Made by a program: the position numbers and the translations under genes. Positions 13,270-26,132 of a stretch of DNA of 64,000 bases are shown here, in pieces. The notes under the pieces are model-generated. The model had not been told where the DNA came from. It ran no database searches and was given only the letters and a program-made list of their open reading frames with translations. Origin of the DNA: Octopus sinensis. Its lineage: Eukaryota. The stretch is taken from contig NC_043014.1 of assembly GCF_006345805.1 (NCBI RefSeq), positions 15,562,001 through 15,626,000 of the forward strand. Reading direction: 5' to 3'. Every line of letters starts with the position of its first letter. Within the stretch, counting starts at the first letter, position 1.

Positions 13270-14125
13270 ACTTATATAAGTAAATTAATTTATGTCTAGA
13301 ACTAATATTTCGCTCATTGATAGAATAAACAAAGTACTTATTATTATTATTAAATTCAATAGTATATAAAGAAAAAAAACTTTTCACTACCCATACTATA
13401 ATATTTTACATTACAAACTATTTTGCAAAACAACCACAAATAATACTTTTAGATTTTAGTTCACATATAATAATTATAATAATAAGAATAATTAAATAAA
13501 TGTATCTTAAATTATAATTAACAAATAAAAAAATTAGAAATACATATTTTTTCCATCAATAAACATATAAATTTCACCATTATTTCTTAAATAAAATGTA
13601 TACTTATTTTTTTGAAGATATTTTATGAACTAGAAATTTTAAATTAAAAACGTATAACTTAGTGTTTATATGTCAAGATCTAATATTCGCTTATTGAGGG
13701 AATAACGAAAGTACTTATTATTATTAAATTCAATAGTACAAAAAAATAATAAACTTTTCACTACCTATACTATAATATTTTATGTTACAAACTATTTCAC
13801 AAAGAAACCACACTTAATGCTTTTAGATTTTAGTTCACATAATAATTATAATAAAAAGAATAATTAAATAAATGTATGTGCCTAAATTATAATTAACAAA
13901 TAAAAAAAATTAGAAATCCATATTTTTTCAATTAATAAGCATATAAATTACACCATTATTTCTTAAATAAATTGTATGCTTATCTTTCCGAAGATATTTA
14001 TGAACTAAAAATTTCAAAACTAAAAACTTGTTACTTAGCGTTTAAAAATTTACTCATGAAAAAAGTACTTATTATTATTATTAAATTCAATATTACAAAA
14101 AAAATTAAAACTTTTCACAACCTGT
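13270..14125. repeat. AT-rich tandem repeat, ~2.3 copies of a ~355-380-bp unit
   Basis: Anchor AAAGTACTTATTATTATTA(TTA)AATTCAATA at 13331, 13708 and 14062, with colinear flanks. Confidence 0.85.
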
Positions 14126-14185
14126 CTATCATTGTTTGAATTGCATAATAGTGGTTTTTCTCTAATTTATATATACATCGTTTAG

Positions 14186-14545
14186 TCATCATCATCGTTT
14201 AGCGTCTGCTTTCCATGCTAGCATGGGTTGGACGGTTCAACTGGGGTCTGGGAAGCTCAAAGGCTGTACCAGGCCAGTCAGATCTGGCGGTGTTTCTACA
14301 GCTGGATGCCCTTCCGAAAGCCAACCACTCCGTGAGTGTAGTGGGTGCTTTTTACGTGCCACCGGCACAGGTGCCAGACGAGTCTGGCAAACGGCCACGA
14401 TCGGATGGTGCTTTTTATGTGCCACCGGCATGGGGGCCAGGTGAGGCTGGCAACGGCCACGATCGGATGGTGCCTTCTACGTGCCACCAGCACGAGGCTA
14501 GTCGGGGCGGCGCTGGCAACGGCCATGTTCGGATGGTTCTCTTAA
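14186..14545 (-). mobile_element. SINE-like family C (GGAAGGGCATCCAGCTGTA body, (TGA)n tail) with three ~60-bp tandem 5' modules
   Basis: Homologous copies at ~15619, 17986, 21590 and 54680 (minus) and ~51920 and 58650 (plus); (CAT)n on the plus strand marks the 3' tail. Confidence 0.85.
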
Positions 14546-14899
14546 AAGTAGAATTAACTTAATCAGTTAAAGAAATCTAATTTGATGTCAGCAGTATTTG
14601 GTTTCAAATTGAAAAACAATTTTGATTAATATGCTGAACACTAGAAACAGAAAAAGTTTCATCAATCTGAAATCAATCAAATAAACACCATTCTAACGAT
14701 TTTTGTTTTGTTTTCATTTCTAAAGCCAGGTTAATCTCATTTAGAAACTACTTGATAAGCACTGAATAATCCATAAGAATTTAGGAACAAAATCAAGAAA
14801 ATAAACCTGATTAAAAAGCTTGCTTTTCAACTGTATGGTTTCATGTTCAATCCCACTGCATGACACTTTTGGCAAGAGTTTTCTTCTATAGCCCTAGAA

Positions 14900-15441
14900 C
14901 AGGGGTCACCAAACTTTTTTCACAGTGGGCCAGATAGCAGAGCATGATGAGCACGGGTTGCATAACCATTTTGTTCAATACAATACAGTGAATACACAAA
15001 AAATAACGACAGCCAACATATTTATTTACCAAAAAGTTATCAAAGAAGGTGACGTTAGCAATAAGATAGTTATATCCACACCCAGTGTGCACATAACCAA
15101 ATCTCACAAACTAAGCAGCAAAAAAGGTTAGTGAGATTTGTGAAACTGGGGTTAAGTTTTGAAGATATCATCAATATTTGCTTTGGAATTGCCACATCCA
15201 ACCAAGAGAATTGCTTTCAAATGCTCAAAAGTCCATCTCGTTCGATGTCCTGACTTCACATACTTCATTATTGAAAATGTTTGCTCAACAGACATCAGTT
15301 GTTCAAGACACTAATGCCATACCAGAGACAAATGAACTCTCATTGCAGGGAGTTACACAAAAGGTACAGTGCAGTGGCAGGCCGGATGAACTGACTTTGT
15401 AGATCGGATATGGCCCGCAGGCCATAGTTTGGTGACCCCTG
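14900..15441 (-). mobile_element. Internally deleted hAT (Buster/Charlie-type) transposon
   Basis: Perfect 16-bp TIRs CAGGGGTCACCAAACT / AGTTTGGTGACCCCTG; 8-bp target CCCTAGAA / CTCTAGGA; minus-strand relic CEQTFSIMKYVKSGHRTR...HLKAIL...QFHKSH* of the hAT dimerisation domain (~15127-15310). Confidence 0.9.
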
Positions 15442-15579
15442 CTCTAGGATGACCAAAACCTTGTGAGTGAATTTGGTAAATGGAAACTGTGTGGCAGTCT
15501 GTCATGTACATATACATACATACATACATACATACATACACACACACAAACACACACACAAACACACTCACATATATAT

Positions 15580-15622
<43 letters not shown>

Positions 15623-15976
15623 TCATCGTTTAACGTCCGTTCTCCATGCTAGCATGGGTTGGGCGGTTCGACCGGGGATCTGGGAAGCCAGAAGGCTGCA
15701 CCAGGCTCCAGTCTTATCTGGCAATGTTTCTACAGCTGGATGCCCTTCCTAATGCCAACCACTCCGTGAGTGTAGTGGGTGCTTTTTACGTGCCACCTGC
15801 ACAGGTGCCAGGCAAGGCTGGCAACGGCCACGGTCGGATTGGTGTATTTTATGTGCCACCAGCACGGAAGCCAGTCGAGGCGGCGCTGGCATCGGCCACG
15901 AGTCGGATAGTGCTTTTTACGTACCACCAGACCAGGGATCCTGGCTGGTTCAATTCGATTTCGATTTCGCTTGCCC

Positions 15977-16017
<41 letters not shown>

Positions 16018-16037
16018 CATACATACATACATATATA

Positions 16038-16076
<39 letters not shown>

Positions 16077-16623
16077 TCATAAATGACAGAGAAATACTTT
16101 GATGAAATTTTATTTAACAGTAAGAAAATTCTAATATTACAATAAATTGTTTCGTAACTTAAAAACAAGTAGATAATTTATATTGTATTTAATAATAAAT
16201 AAATTACTTACACATCTGCATTAATGCAAAATACAAAGTATCTTTCAAAATAATTCAGAATTTAAGCTATGTCCACAGGTAAAGAAAGAAAGTCTTTTTT
16301 AAATACTAAATTCTTGACATAATGTTATAGGAATGTAAAGTCAAAATCTTAAAGATTATGGAAGACAATAATAATAAAATTGATATAAATTAATGAGGGG
16401 ATTTTCTAATATATATATCATCATCTTTTAATGTCTATTTTCCCTGCTGGCATGGGTTGGAGGGTTTGACAGGAGCTGGCAAGTTGGAGAGCTGCATCAT
16501 GCTCTGATTGTCTGTTTTGGCTTAGTTTCTACAGCTGGGTGCCCTTCCTAATGCCAACCACTTTACAGAGTGCAGTAGGTGCTTTTCACATGTCACCAGC
16601 ACTAGTGCTTTTACATGACACAA

Positions 16624-16686
<63 letters not shown>

Positions 16687-17811
16687 CAGGCATGACTCAG
16701 TAAGAAGCTTATTTCCCAACCATATGGTCTTAGGTTCAGTCCTACTGTATGGCACCATGGACAAGTATTCTTCCAATACAACCCTGGGCTGACCAATGTC
16801 TTGTAAATGGATCTTATGGTTGGATATCGAAAGAAGCTCATAATATATAGATAATTGTGTGTGTGTGTGTGTGTGCATGTCTTTGTGTCTGTGTTTGTCC
16901 CACTACTTGACAACCGGTGTTGGTCTATTTACATCCCTGTAACTTGGCAGTTCGGCAAAACAGACCAATAGAATAAGTTCCAAACTTAAGAAAAAAAATC
17001 TTTAATGACTGAGGTTGATTTGTTTAACTAAAACCCCTTTAAGGCAGTACCCCAGCATGACCACACCCCATTGGCTGAAACAAGTAAAAAGACAAAAAGA
17101 TAAAAAACTTTTCTTGTCACATTCACTAAACACTGAATAAATAAAAATACAAATAAACAAATAAATAACCATAATTGAAAGCAATAACTCAAGGGAGTTG
17201 TTATTAAATCATATATTTTCCCACGACAAAACCTCAATAAATTTATTATGTATTATTAGATTAGGATTCAGAAAGAAAGCTGAATGTATTATTAAATTAA
17301 GAACTGAGAAAGGGGAGTGAATGTAAAATGAAAAGAAAACAAATCTCTATATTTTATTATACGTCTCAGTATTCTGCTTGTCCAAAGTCTAATAATGTAG
17401 TTGTTCCTCTGTAAAGTGTCTATCCAAAACAAAGGACATTGTCGTAAGAGGTCGTTTATCTCTGGAAGCTTTCTTCTGCTCAGTAACTAATCTCCTTACA
17501 TCAAACTGGTAGAGTTGCCATCGTAAATAGCAGAGATCACCTGACCATCAAGTTGAGTCATGTGACTGAAATGATGGTAGTTTCGTCATGCCCGGAGATC
17601 ATCAGTAAAAGTGATATGTCCTCAAGTGGTTATCATAACCCGGACACGTATGCTAAATTTCAAGGTCTTTCTCTCTAATGTGTAATGGAATCAAACTTTT
17701 ACTGTTGTCATCTATCACTACTGCCTCAAAATACATTTTTGGTATAATAAACCAATTCTTTCAAGTATGTGCAGCGGTAGCTGGTGAAATCATGAAGTTG
17801 AATTCTTAGGG

Positions 17812-17815
17812 TAAG

Positions 17816-17847
<32 letters not shown>

Positions 17848-18318
17848 CAACATTGAAAATTACCTTAGGAATGAGAACCCAGGTTTGAAATTTCCCCCAA
17901 AACACCTGATGAAGGCTGGAGCGTATATCAGCCGAAACGTGTTAACAACAAACAAGATGAGGACAAATATCCGTCAAATGTAAATCATCATCATCATCAT
18001 CATCGTTTAGCGTCCGCTTTCCATGCTGGCATGGGTTGGACGGTGCAACTGGGGTCTGGGAAGCCAGAAGGCTGCACCAGGCCCAGTCTGATCTGGCAAT
18101 GTTTTTACGGCTGGATGCCCTTCCTAACGCCAACCACTCCATGAGTGTAGTGGGTGCTTTTTACGTGCCACCGGCACTGGTGCCAGACGAGGCTGGCAAA
18201 CAGACACGGTCGGATGGTGCTTTTTACGTGCCACCGGCACGGAGGCCAGGCGAGGCTGGCAAACGGCCACGAGTCGGATGGTGCTTTTTACGTGCCACCG
18301 GCACAAATGTAAATAACG
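17812..18318 (+). mobile_element. Right arm of the palindromic hammerhead-bearing element, interrupted by a family C SINE
   Basis: (AAT)n, body, then CTGATGA-A-GGCTG...CAGCC-GAAAC (17906-17938); nested SINE 17986-18304 with 10-bp TSD AAATGTAAAT. Confidence 0.8.
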
Positions 18319-19047
18319 AACAACTTTGGTAACCAAGCTGGTGTGGGCAGAAGTTGAGAAATCGTGGTTTCATTCATTAGCAGCAGACACTAACAAACAA
18401 TATGGCAGCCTTTTTTTTAGTTTTTGTGTTTTTCTAACATGAGGAGCAGGTTTTCCCATTTGCCTAACTCATAAAATCAGAAGAGATTTGAGATTTGAAG
18501 CCACATGCATCACAGAACTTTTTTATATAATAATTAATTCAAGATTGCTTAATCAAACTGATATTATCTTCATCATAAGTAACAGATAGGCTTCCTTCAA
18601 TGCATCTTGCTTGCTGTTCGACTAGATCATGTGCTTGCATCAATGCTATCAACTTCTAAGCATGGTATTAAGTGACTGCAACAACTTCATTCTCATAGTG
18701 TAACTTATCTTCTCAATGAATTAATCCACTATTACACTATCAGTAGCATACTTATCAAAATCCCATGCTTATGCATCTGTTTTTAGTTGAGAAACATAAC
18801 TGAGGGGTATTTGTCCTGGGGTAAGATAAACTGGGATATCATCCTCTCATAACTCAAATTATCTTTCTGCGCTGAATTATAACATCATGCGTTGCATTTA
18901 CATAAGTTAATTTGCCATCGTTTAGTATATGATAAATTTCAATGTTTTCCCACTTTTAATATATAATGGTACCGACAAGTTTTGTGGACATTTATCATAG
19001 TTATCTTGGGTGTTAAGCAACAACTTTGGTAACACAGTTCTATAATA

Positions 19048-19320
19048 CAGTTCTATATTTAAGAGACAGGAATTATGTACATTATTTACATTATTTACAA
19101 TTGACAGATATTTGTCCTCATCTTGTTTGCTGTGACTTGAATAATAATAATAATAATAATAATTATAATAACATCGAAAAATACCTTAGGAATGAGAACC
19201 CAGGTTTGAAATTTCCCCAAGACACCTGATGAAGGTTGAGGGTATATCAGCTGAAACGTTGTGTTAACAACAAACAATATGATGACAAATATCCGTCAAA
19301 TGTAAATAATGTAAATAATT
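19048..19320. mobile_element. Centre-deleted copy of the palindromic hammerhead-bearing element
   Basis: Left end TA|CAGTTCTATATTTAAGAG...GATATTTGTCCTCATCTTGTTTG is inverted relative to the right end CAAACAATATGATGACAAATATCCGTCAAATGTAAA. Confidence 0.8.
19221..19265 (+). ncRNA. Putative minimal type I hammerhead ribozyme
   Basis: Helix I GACAC/GTGTT, core CTGATGA, extra A, helix II GGTTG/CAGCT, GAAA, palindromic helix III ACGT, NUH = GUU. Confidence 0.6.
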
Positions 19321-19884
19321 AACAACTTTGTTAAGATTTTTTAGGAGTTATTTATAAATTTTCTTGAAAGAAACAGTCATGGTTGTGTGGTTTCAGAAGT
19401 TTGCTTCAGAGCCATGTAGTTTCAATTTCAGTTACACGTTAGGGTTCTTTGAGCAAGTATCTTCTACTATAGCCCCAGGCCAACCAATGTCATTGTGAGC
19501 GAGTGTGGTTGATGGAAACTGTTGAAGCCTATCATGTGTGCATGCATGTGTGTGTGTGTGTGTGTGTAATGACAAGGGACCAGGAGATGTGGTGATTTGC
19601 TGTACTTGATAAGATGCATCAAGCCAAGTAAAATTGCTGTCTTCCACACATGCAGGCTTCTCCTTACAATTGCTAGTACCACATAAAAAGCACCCATGCT
19701 GGTACTGTGTAAACACACCCATGCCAATAGCATGTATAAAGCACCCAGCACACTCTGTTAAGTGGTTGGCATTAGGAAAGGCATCCAGCCATACAAACCA
19801 TGCCACAACAGACAAGTGGAGTCTGGACAACTCCATGTCAAACTGTCCAAGCCATTCCGTCATGGAAAGCAGACATCAAACAAA

Positions 19885-19932
<48 letters not shown>

Positions 19933-20083
19933 ACATGTGAGTGATTTTGGGTTTGTCTTTGTCCTACTTCCACTGCTTGAGAACCAGTGTTGATTTGTTT
20001 AGGTCCCTGTAACTTAGAGGTTTGGCATAAGAGATAGATAGAATAAGTGTTAGACTTAAAAATAAGTACTGGGATTGAGTTAA

Positions 20084-20304
20084 CACTTTAGTGTTTAAAC
20101 GGACCATATCTGGCCCAGATATTCCACATGTTTTATATTCAAATTGGTCATATCTAGCCCCTCACACCTAACCTACAGTGACATTTTAAAAATAAACAAT
20201 CACATCACTGAAACCTCAAAAGCTATAAGATAATGCATGATTAATTCAAAACAATTTGAGTGAAAAAGTATTACATTTAACAGAGTAATCTGAACACTAA
20301 AGGG
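20084..20304. mobile_element. piggyBac-like MITE inserted into a SINE tail
   Basis: TTAA at 20080-20083, ends CACTTTAG...CTAAAGGG; an inverted, internally deleted copy lies at 45940-46103 between TTAA sites. Confidence 0.7.
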
Positions 20305-20693
20305 TTTATGAACTAAACTCTTTAGACAGTGATCTAGCATGGCCGCAGCCCAATTGCTGTCACATAAAAAGAAAGAGATAGTAAAAAGCAAAAAGGACAG
20401 CAGAAATGAAATATTTTGGCTGAATATCTCTCCAAACTATATTCATAGCAAGTTGGGTTTATCATCCATTTCACAATGCCCCTACTGGTTTACTCTTTTA
20501 CTTGTTTCAGTCATTTGACTGTGGCCATGCTGGAGCACCACCTCTTAGTCGACCAAATCGACCCCCGGACTTATTCTTTGTAAGCCTAGTACTTATTCTA
20601 TCGGTTCTTTTACCAAACCGCTAAGTTACGAGGATGTAAACACACCAGCACCGGTTGTCGAGCGATGTCGAGGGTACAAACACAAACACGCAA

Positions 20694-20819
<126 letters not shown>

Positions 20820-21447
20820 GCAACGGGCCTCTTTCAATTTCTGTCTACCAAATCCACTCACAGGGTTATAGTAGAAGACACTTGCCCAAGGTCCCATGCA
20901 GTGGGATTGAACCCAGAACCATGTGGTTGGAAAGCAAGCTACTAAATCCACTCACAAAGCTTTGGTCAACCCAAAGCTATAATAGTAGATGGAAACTGAA
21001 AGAAGCCCATTGTATGTATATACATATATCATCATCATCATCATTTAACATCTGCCTTCCATGCTAGCATATGTATATATATATATATACACACACATGT
21101 GTGTGTGTGTGTGTTTGTCCTGCACCACCACTTGACAACTGGTGCTGGTGCATTTATGTAATTGTAACTCAGCAGTTCAGCAAAAGAGACCAATAAAATA
21201 AATACTGGGTTTAATTCATTTGACTAAACCTTTTCAAGGCAGTGCTCCAGCATGGCCACAGTCTAATGACTGAAACAAGTAAAAAAAAAAGCATCCAGTC
21301 CATACTGTGAAGTGGTTGGCATTTGGATGTACATCCAGCCATAAAAACCATGCCAACACCACAGACACAGTGGCCTGTGGTAGTCTTCTCTCTGACCCGC
21401 TGCTGTTGAACCATCCAACCCATGCCGGCATGGAAGACGGATGTTAA

Positions 21448-21491
<44 letters not shown>

Positions 21492-23855
21492 TGAGTGCTA
21501 GTGACAGGGTTTGCTCCATTTAACTTTCTGATTGCTTATTCAGCATTCTACTGACCTTACCATCATCGTCGTTTAATGTCCACCATCATCATCATCATCG
21601 TCGTTTAATGTCCACTTTCCCGGCTAGCATGGGTTGGACGGTTTGACTGTGGGCTGGCGAACCAGATGGCTGCACCAGGCTCCAGTCTTGATCTGGCAGA
21701 GTTTCTACAGCTGAATGCCCTTCCTAACTCCAACCACTCTGAGAGTGTAGTGGGTGCTTTTACGTGCCACCAGCACGAGGGCCAGTCAGGAGGTACTGGC
21801 AACGGCCACGCTCAAATAGTGCTTTTTATGTGCCACCTGCACAGTAGCCAGTCCAGTGGCACTGGCAAACATACAAATATATACACACACACATACACAT
21901 TCACGCACACAGACACACGAACAGATGTCCTCTCTGCTGGGTTTTCAATATGCTTCTGTTATGCATATCATATGGTTGTTGTTGTTTTGTATGGAAGAGC
22001 AAACATGCTTTTTATCATTTTATCATTGTTATCTGTTTTCTTCACCAGATTGACGAATAAAAACTATTTTTATTGAAAGCCTGGTAGAGCGACAGCATTG
22101 CAGTTGGTGTTGCTGTTGGTGGCATTGGTTGTAGTGGTAGTGGTGGGGAAAGATGGTGGTGGTGGTGGTGGTGGTGGTGGAGGATGCTGATGTTGGTGAT
22201 AGTGGTGTTAGAGATGGTGGTGTTGGTGAAAGTGGTGGGGGGGTGTTTGTGAGGGGTGATGATGATGATGATGATGATGATAAAGGTAGTGGTGGTGGTG
22301 GTGATGGAGGTAGTGACGATGATAAGCCTTATGGTGGTGATGATAAGCCTGATGGTGGTGGTAGTGGTAGTGATGATGGTGGTAGCAGTAGTGATGATGG
22401 TGGTGGTGGTTGTTGTTGTTGAGGTGGTGGTGGTGATTGGTGGTGGTATGGTAAGAACACTGACACCACAACAGATGACTGACCTTGGCCAGAACATTCG
22501 TATCAATTGACAATAGCGATGTGTTTAGTGTGTTTAAAAAGCAAATTAAAAAAATTACATAAATGTTTGTCATGGATTATTTCAATAAGGCTTTTTTTAT
22601 TCAGCAAAATCTAGAGAGAGAAATAAAGAAAGGGTGGTGGGGGGAAAAGGGGTCATAGAGTGGAGAGAGAAAAACAGAGTGAAGGAAAGAGCAAGAACAA
22701 GCGAGCATTAATAATTTATGTAAGATTAGTTAAACAACAATGTCAATATCACGCAAGACAATTACAATGATTTGGCATAACCGTGTAACGATAACAATAA
22801 TAATTTTTTCCAACTATTGGCCCAAGGCCTGTAAGTTTGGGGTAGTGTCTTTCTCTTGTGTCGGCTGTTCCAGTAATTAAGCCAACTGGGACACTTGTCG
22901 TCATAACTGATGGGGTGCCAGTTTTTATAACACTATTACATCGACAATATGACATAACACAATTACAATGAGAAAATGTCATATTGCTATGACACTGACA
23001 ATATGTCATAAGGCTATGTCATAACTGACATGTTGTAACACTATAACACTCTTTTCTATTCTAGGCACAAGGCCCGAAATTTTAGGTGAGGGAGCCAGTT
23101 GATTAGATCGATCCCAGTACGCAACTGGTACTTAATTTATCAACCCCGAAAGGATGAAAGGCAAAGTTTACCTCGGCGGAATTTGAACTCAGAATGTAAA
23201 GATTGACGAAATACCGCTAAGCATTTTTCCCAGTGTGCTAATGCTTCTGCCAGCTCGCCGCCTTAGCAAGATCACAATTATTGTAACAGTAATGCTGAGG
23301 GGTTGGTGGTGATAATGATGATGATGATGATGATGATGACAATAATGGTGATGATGATGATGATTATGACAATGATGATGATGACGACAACGATGATGAT
23401 GATGATGACGACGATGATGATGATGGTGATAAGCAACCAAGGACAAGGTCTTTGAATGTGCATATGCCATATTCCTGGTTAGTAAACACTACTAATTCTC
23501 AACAGGCCTTCACATAGCAGAAGTTAAACTACATAAAGTAATCAAAAAGAAAAAAAAGAAAAAAAGAAAGCAACAATGTTTTGCTTTCCTTTTCTTCTTC
23601 CTTCACAATATAACAAAGACATTGCAAGTGAAAGATGTCAATTGTTTTGAACCTACTCTACAGTGTATAAACAAGTTTATAGCTTAACATTAATTCTAAA
23701 TGAGGTTAATGGGAACAGATCATTGTGTGGCTTTCATTAACTGATTAATAACTAATTATTTTATATGCTATTTGTATTTGTATTACACATGGTGAAATGA
23801 TTTGACTCATATAGCTACATGATTATGCATTTACATACATAAACATATATATATG

Positions 23856-23913
<58 letters not shown>

Positions 23914-23915
<2 letters not shown>

Positions 23916-24312
23916 CTCTTTACTCTTTTACATGTTTCAGTCATTTGAACGTGGCCATGTTGGAGCACCGCCTTTAGTTGAGCAAATTGACCCCAGGACT
24001 TATTCTTTGTAAGCCTAGTACTTATTCTATCAGCCTCTTTTGCCGAACAGCTAAGTTACAGGGATGTAAACACACCAGCATCGGTTGTTAAGCAATGTTG
24101 GGGGGACAAATAGACACACAAACAAACACACACACATACATATATATACATATATACGACAGGCTTCCTTCAGTTTCCGTCTACCAAATCCACTCACAAG
24201 GCTTCGGTTGGCCCGAGGCTATAGTAGAAGACACTTGTCCAACGTGCCACACAGTGGCACTGAACCTGGAACCTTGTGGTTAGTAAGCAAGCTACTTATC
24301 ACACAACCACTC
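23914..24312 (-). mobile_element. SINE family A (tRNA head GGAGTGGCTGTGTGGTAAG..., CCTTGGGCAAGT CORE-like segment, internal TA/CA tract, AAGAGTA tail)
   Basis: Near-full copy; others at 28903-29420(+), 46545-47018(+), 48766-49177(-), 53301-53712(+), 60865-61277(+), 61812-62052(-) and 62820-63220(-). Confidence 0.85.
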
Positions 24313-24888
24313 CTATACCTATATGTCTATATATAGCATATATGTCTATATGTGTAATATGTATGAATATATATATATATAGACTATCTATGCTATATAG
24401 TCATATAGACATAGAAGGGTGGTGAGCCAGCTGAATCATTGGCACATTGGGCAAAATACTTAGAGACAGTTCATTTGTCTTTACATTCTGAGTTCAAATG
24501 CTGCCAGGTTTGACTTTGCCCTTCACCCTTTCAGGGTTGATAAAAAAGTAGCAAGCTGACTTTATCCCTTCCCTGAACTTGCTGGTCTAGTGTCAAGACT
24601 TGATATCAATGTATTTATTCATTCATTCATTCATTCATCCATCAATACATACATACATATATATGCAAGACTTTTCTCAAGTTCCAAATGTGAATTTGTC
24701 TGTGCTAACTACATCCCAAAGATGGAGCCTTGTATCTTTGTTGGAAACCGGTTCCCTCCTCAGTGGAAGATTTATAATAATTAAAAAGTAGAAATGGTAT
24801 ACATACATAAGCACACAAACAATATATTCATACCTGCATAGAAATAAAATAGAGGGAAAAGTTAAGTAACCTTCATATATTTCAGGCA

Positions 24889-25193
24889 GTTATGGCGATT
24901 GGCCTAGTGGTTCGGGTGTTGCACTCACGATTGCAAGATTGTGGTTTCAATTCTTGGACTAGTTGGTGTGTTTTGTTTTTGAGCAAAACACTCCATCCCA
25001 TGTTGATCAGTGATCACTTCAACACCTGAAGTGTGACATAGCATGCACCTTTTCAAGCAACGTTGATTTGATGGCTGGAGGGAGTGAACTAAAGTTTAGC
25101 ACATACATCTAATTACTGTAAAGAAATCATTTGTGGAAGTTTGGACAGCAAGAACTTGCAGAACCATCTTTCTCAGACTATGAAAGACTACCA
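24889..25193 (+). mobile_element. Old tRNA-headed SINE with a 16-bp TSD
   Basis: TGGCCTAGTGG A-box, GGTTTCAATTC B-box-like; TSD TCATATATTTCAGGCA at 24873-24888 and 25194-25209. Confidence 0.75.
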
Positions 25194-25975
25194 TCATATA
25201 TTTCAGGCACAAAAGTCCATCATCAGAAGTGAATGGATTAAAGAAATGTAAGTTTACATAAATATGGCCCCGTTGGGCATTGTATGGGTAGTGATTTCAA
25301 TTTGTCCCTTTAGGGGTCGTGGTGGCAATGGGTGAATGCAGCAGCTGCAGCCCCACCCCCAATGGTGCTACCAGTGCTTATAAAGGTCATTGATATAGTT
25401 ATTTCTACTTAAACATAAATACACACATCCAAACATACATGCAATAGTCATACAAAATTAACACATGGTTACATTTATATGAACAGGTATGACTGGGTGG
25501 TTAAGACATTTACTGTGCAAGCCATGGTTCTTGGTTCAATCCTACTGTGAGGCACCTCTTGGACAAGTGTCCTCTACTGTAGCCTCAGGCTAACCGAAGC
25601 CTTGTGAGTGGATTTGGTGGACAGAAACTGAAAGCAGCCAGTAGTATGTGTGCATGTGTGTGTGTACGTATGTATGTGCATGCATATGTGTATGTGCACA
25701 TGTGTGTGTGCATATGTGTGTGTCTGTACGTTAGTCTCTTTCTTTGTTTTGATAATATATGTTGGTTGTATGTGAGCTTTACTGTCATACAAGTGATGTT
25801 GTTTGTTTCCAGTTTCCTGAGTAAAGCTTATTTAGCCATTGGGAAATATTATCTTGCTTTGAAACAGGTGAGAGTTGATGGCAGGAAGAATGTCTGGCTG
25901 TAGAAAATCTGCTTCATCAAATTTTGCAAGCATGATGATGAAAGATGATGATGATGATGAAGAGGGTAATTTTTA

Positions 25976-26008
<33 letters not shown>

Positions 26009-26132
26009 AAAGGTTGAGTTCTATTTCATCTTTTACTTTGTTGGGGTTCCAAAGGTCGATTTCTAAAAAAATTCTTCATATTTCAATGGTAGCATACTGT
26101 TGTAAGAATTGTGAATATGAAAATGCTACGAG

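Noticed and set aside
12353-14125. Possible mitochondrial insertion (NUMT)
   Set aside because: Very AT-rich, but I found no recognisable mitochondrial protein, rRNA or tRNA motif.
14340-14530. HDV-like ribozyme in the family C tandem modules
   Set aside because: P3-like and P1-like pairings can be drawn, but there is no P2 partner strand and no canonical J4/2.
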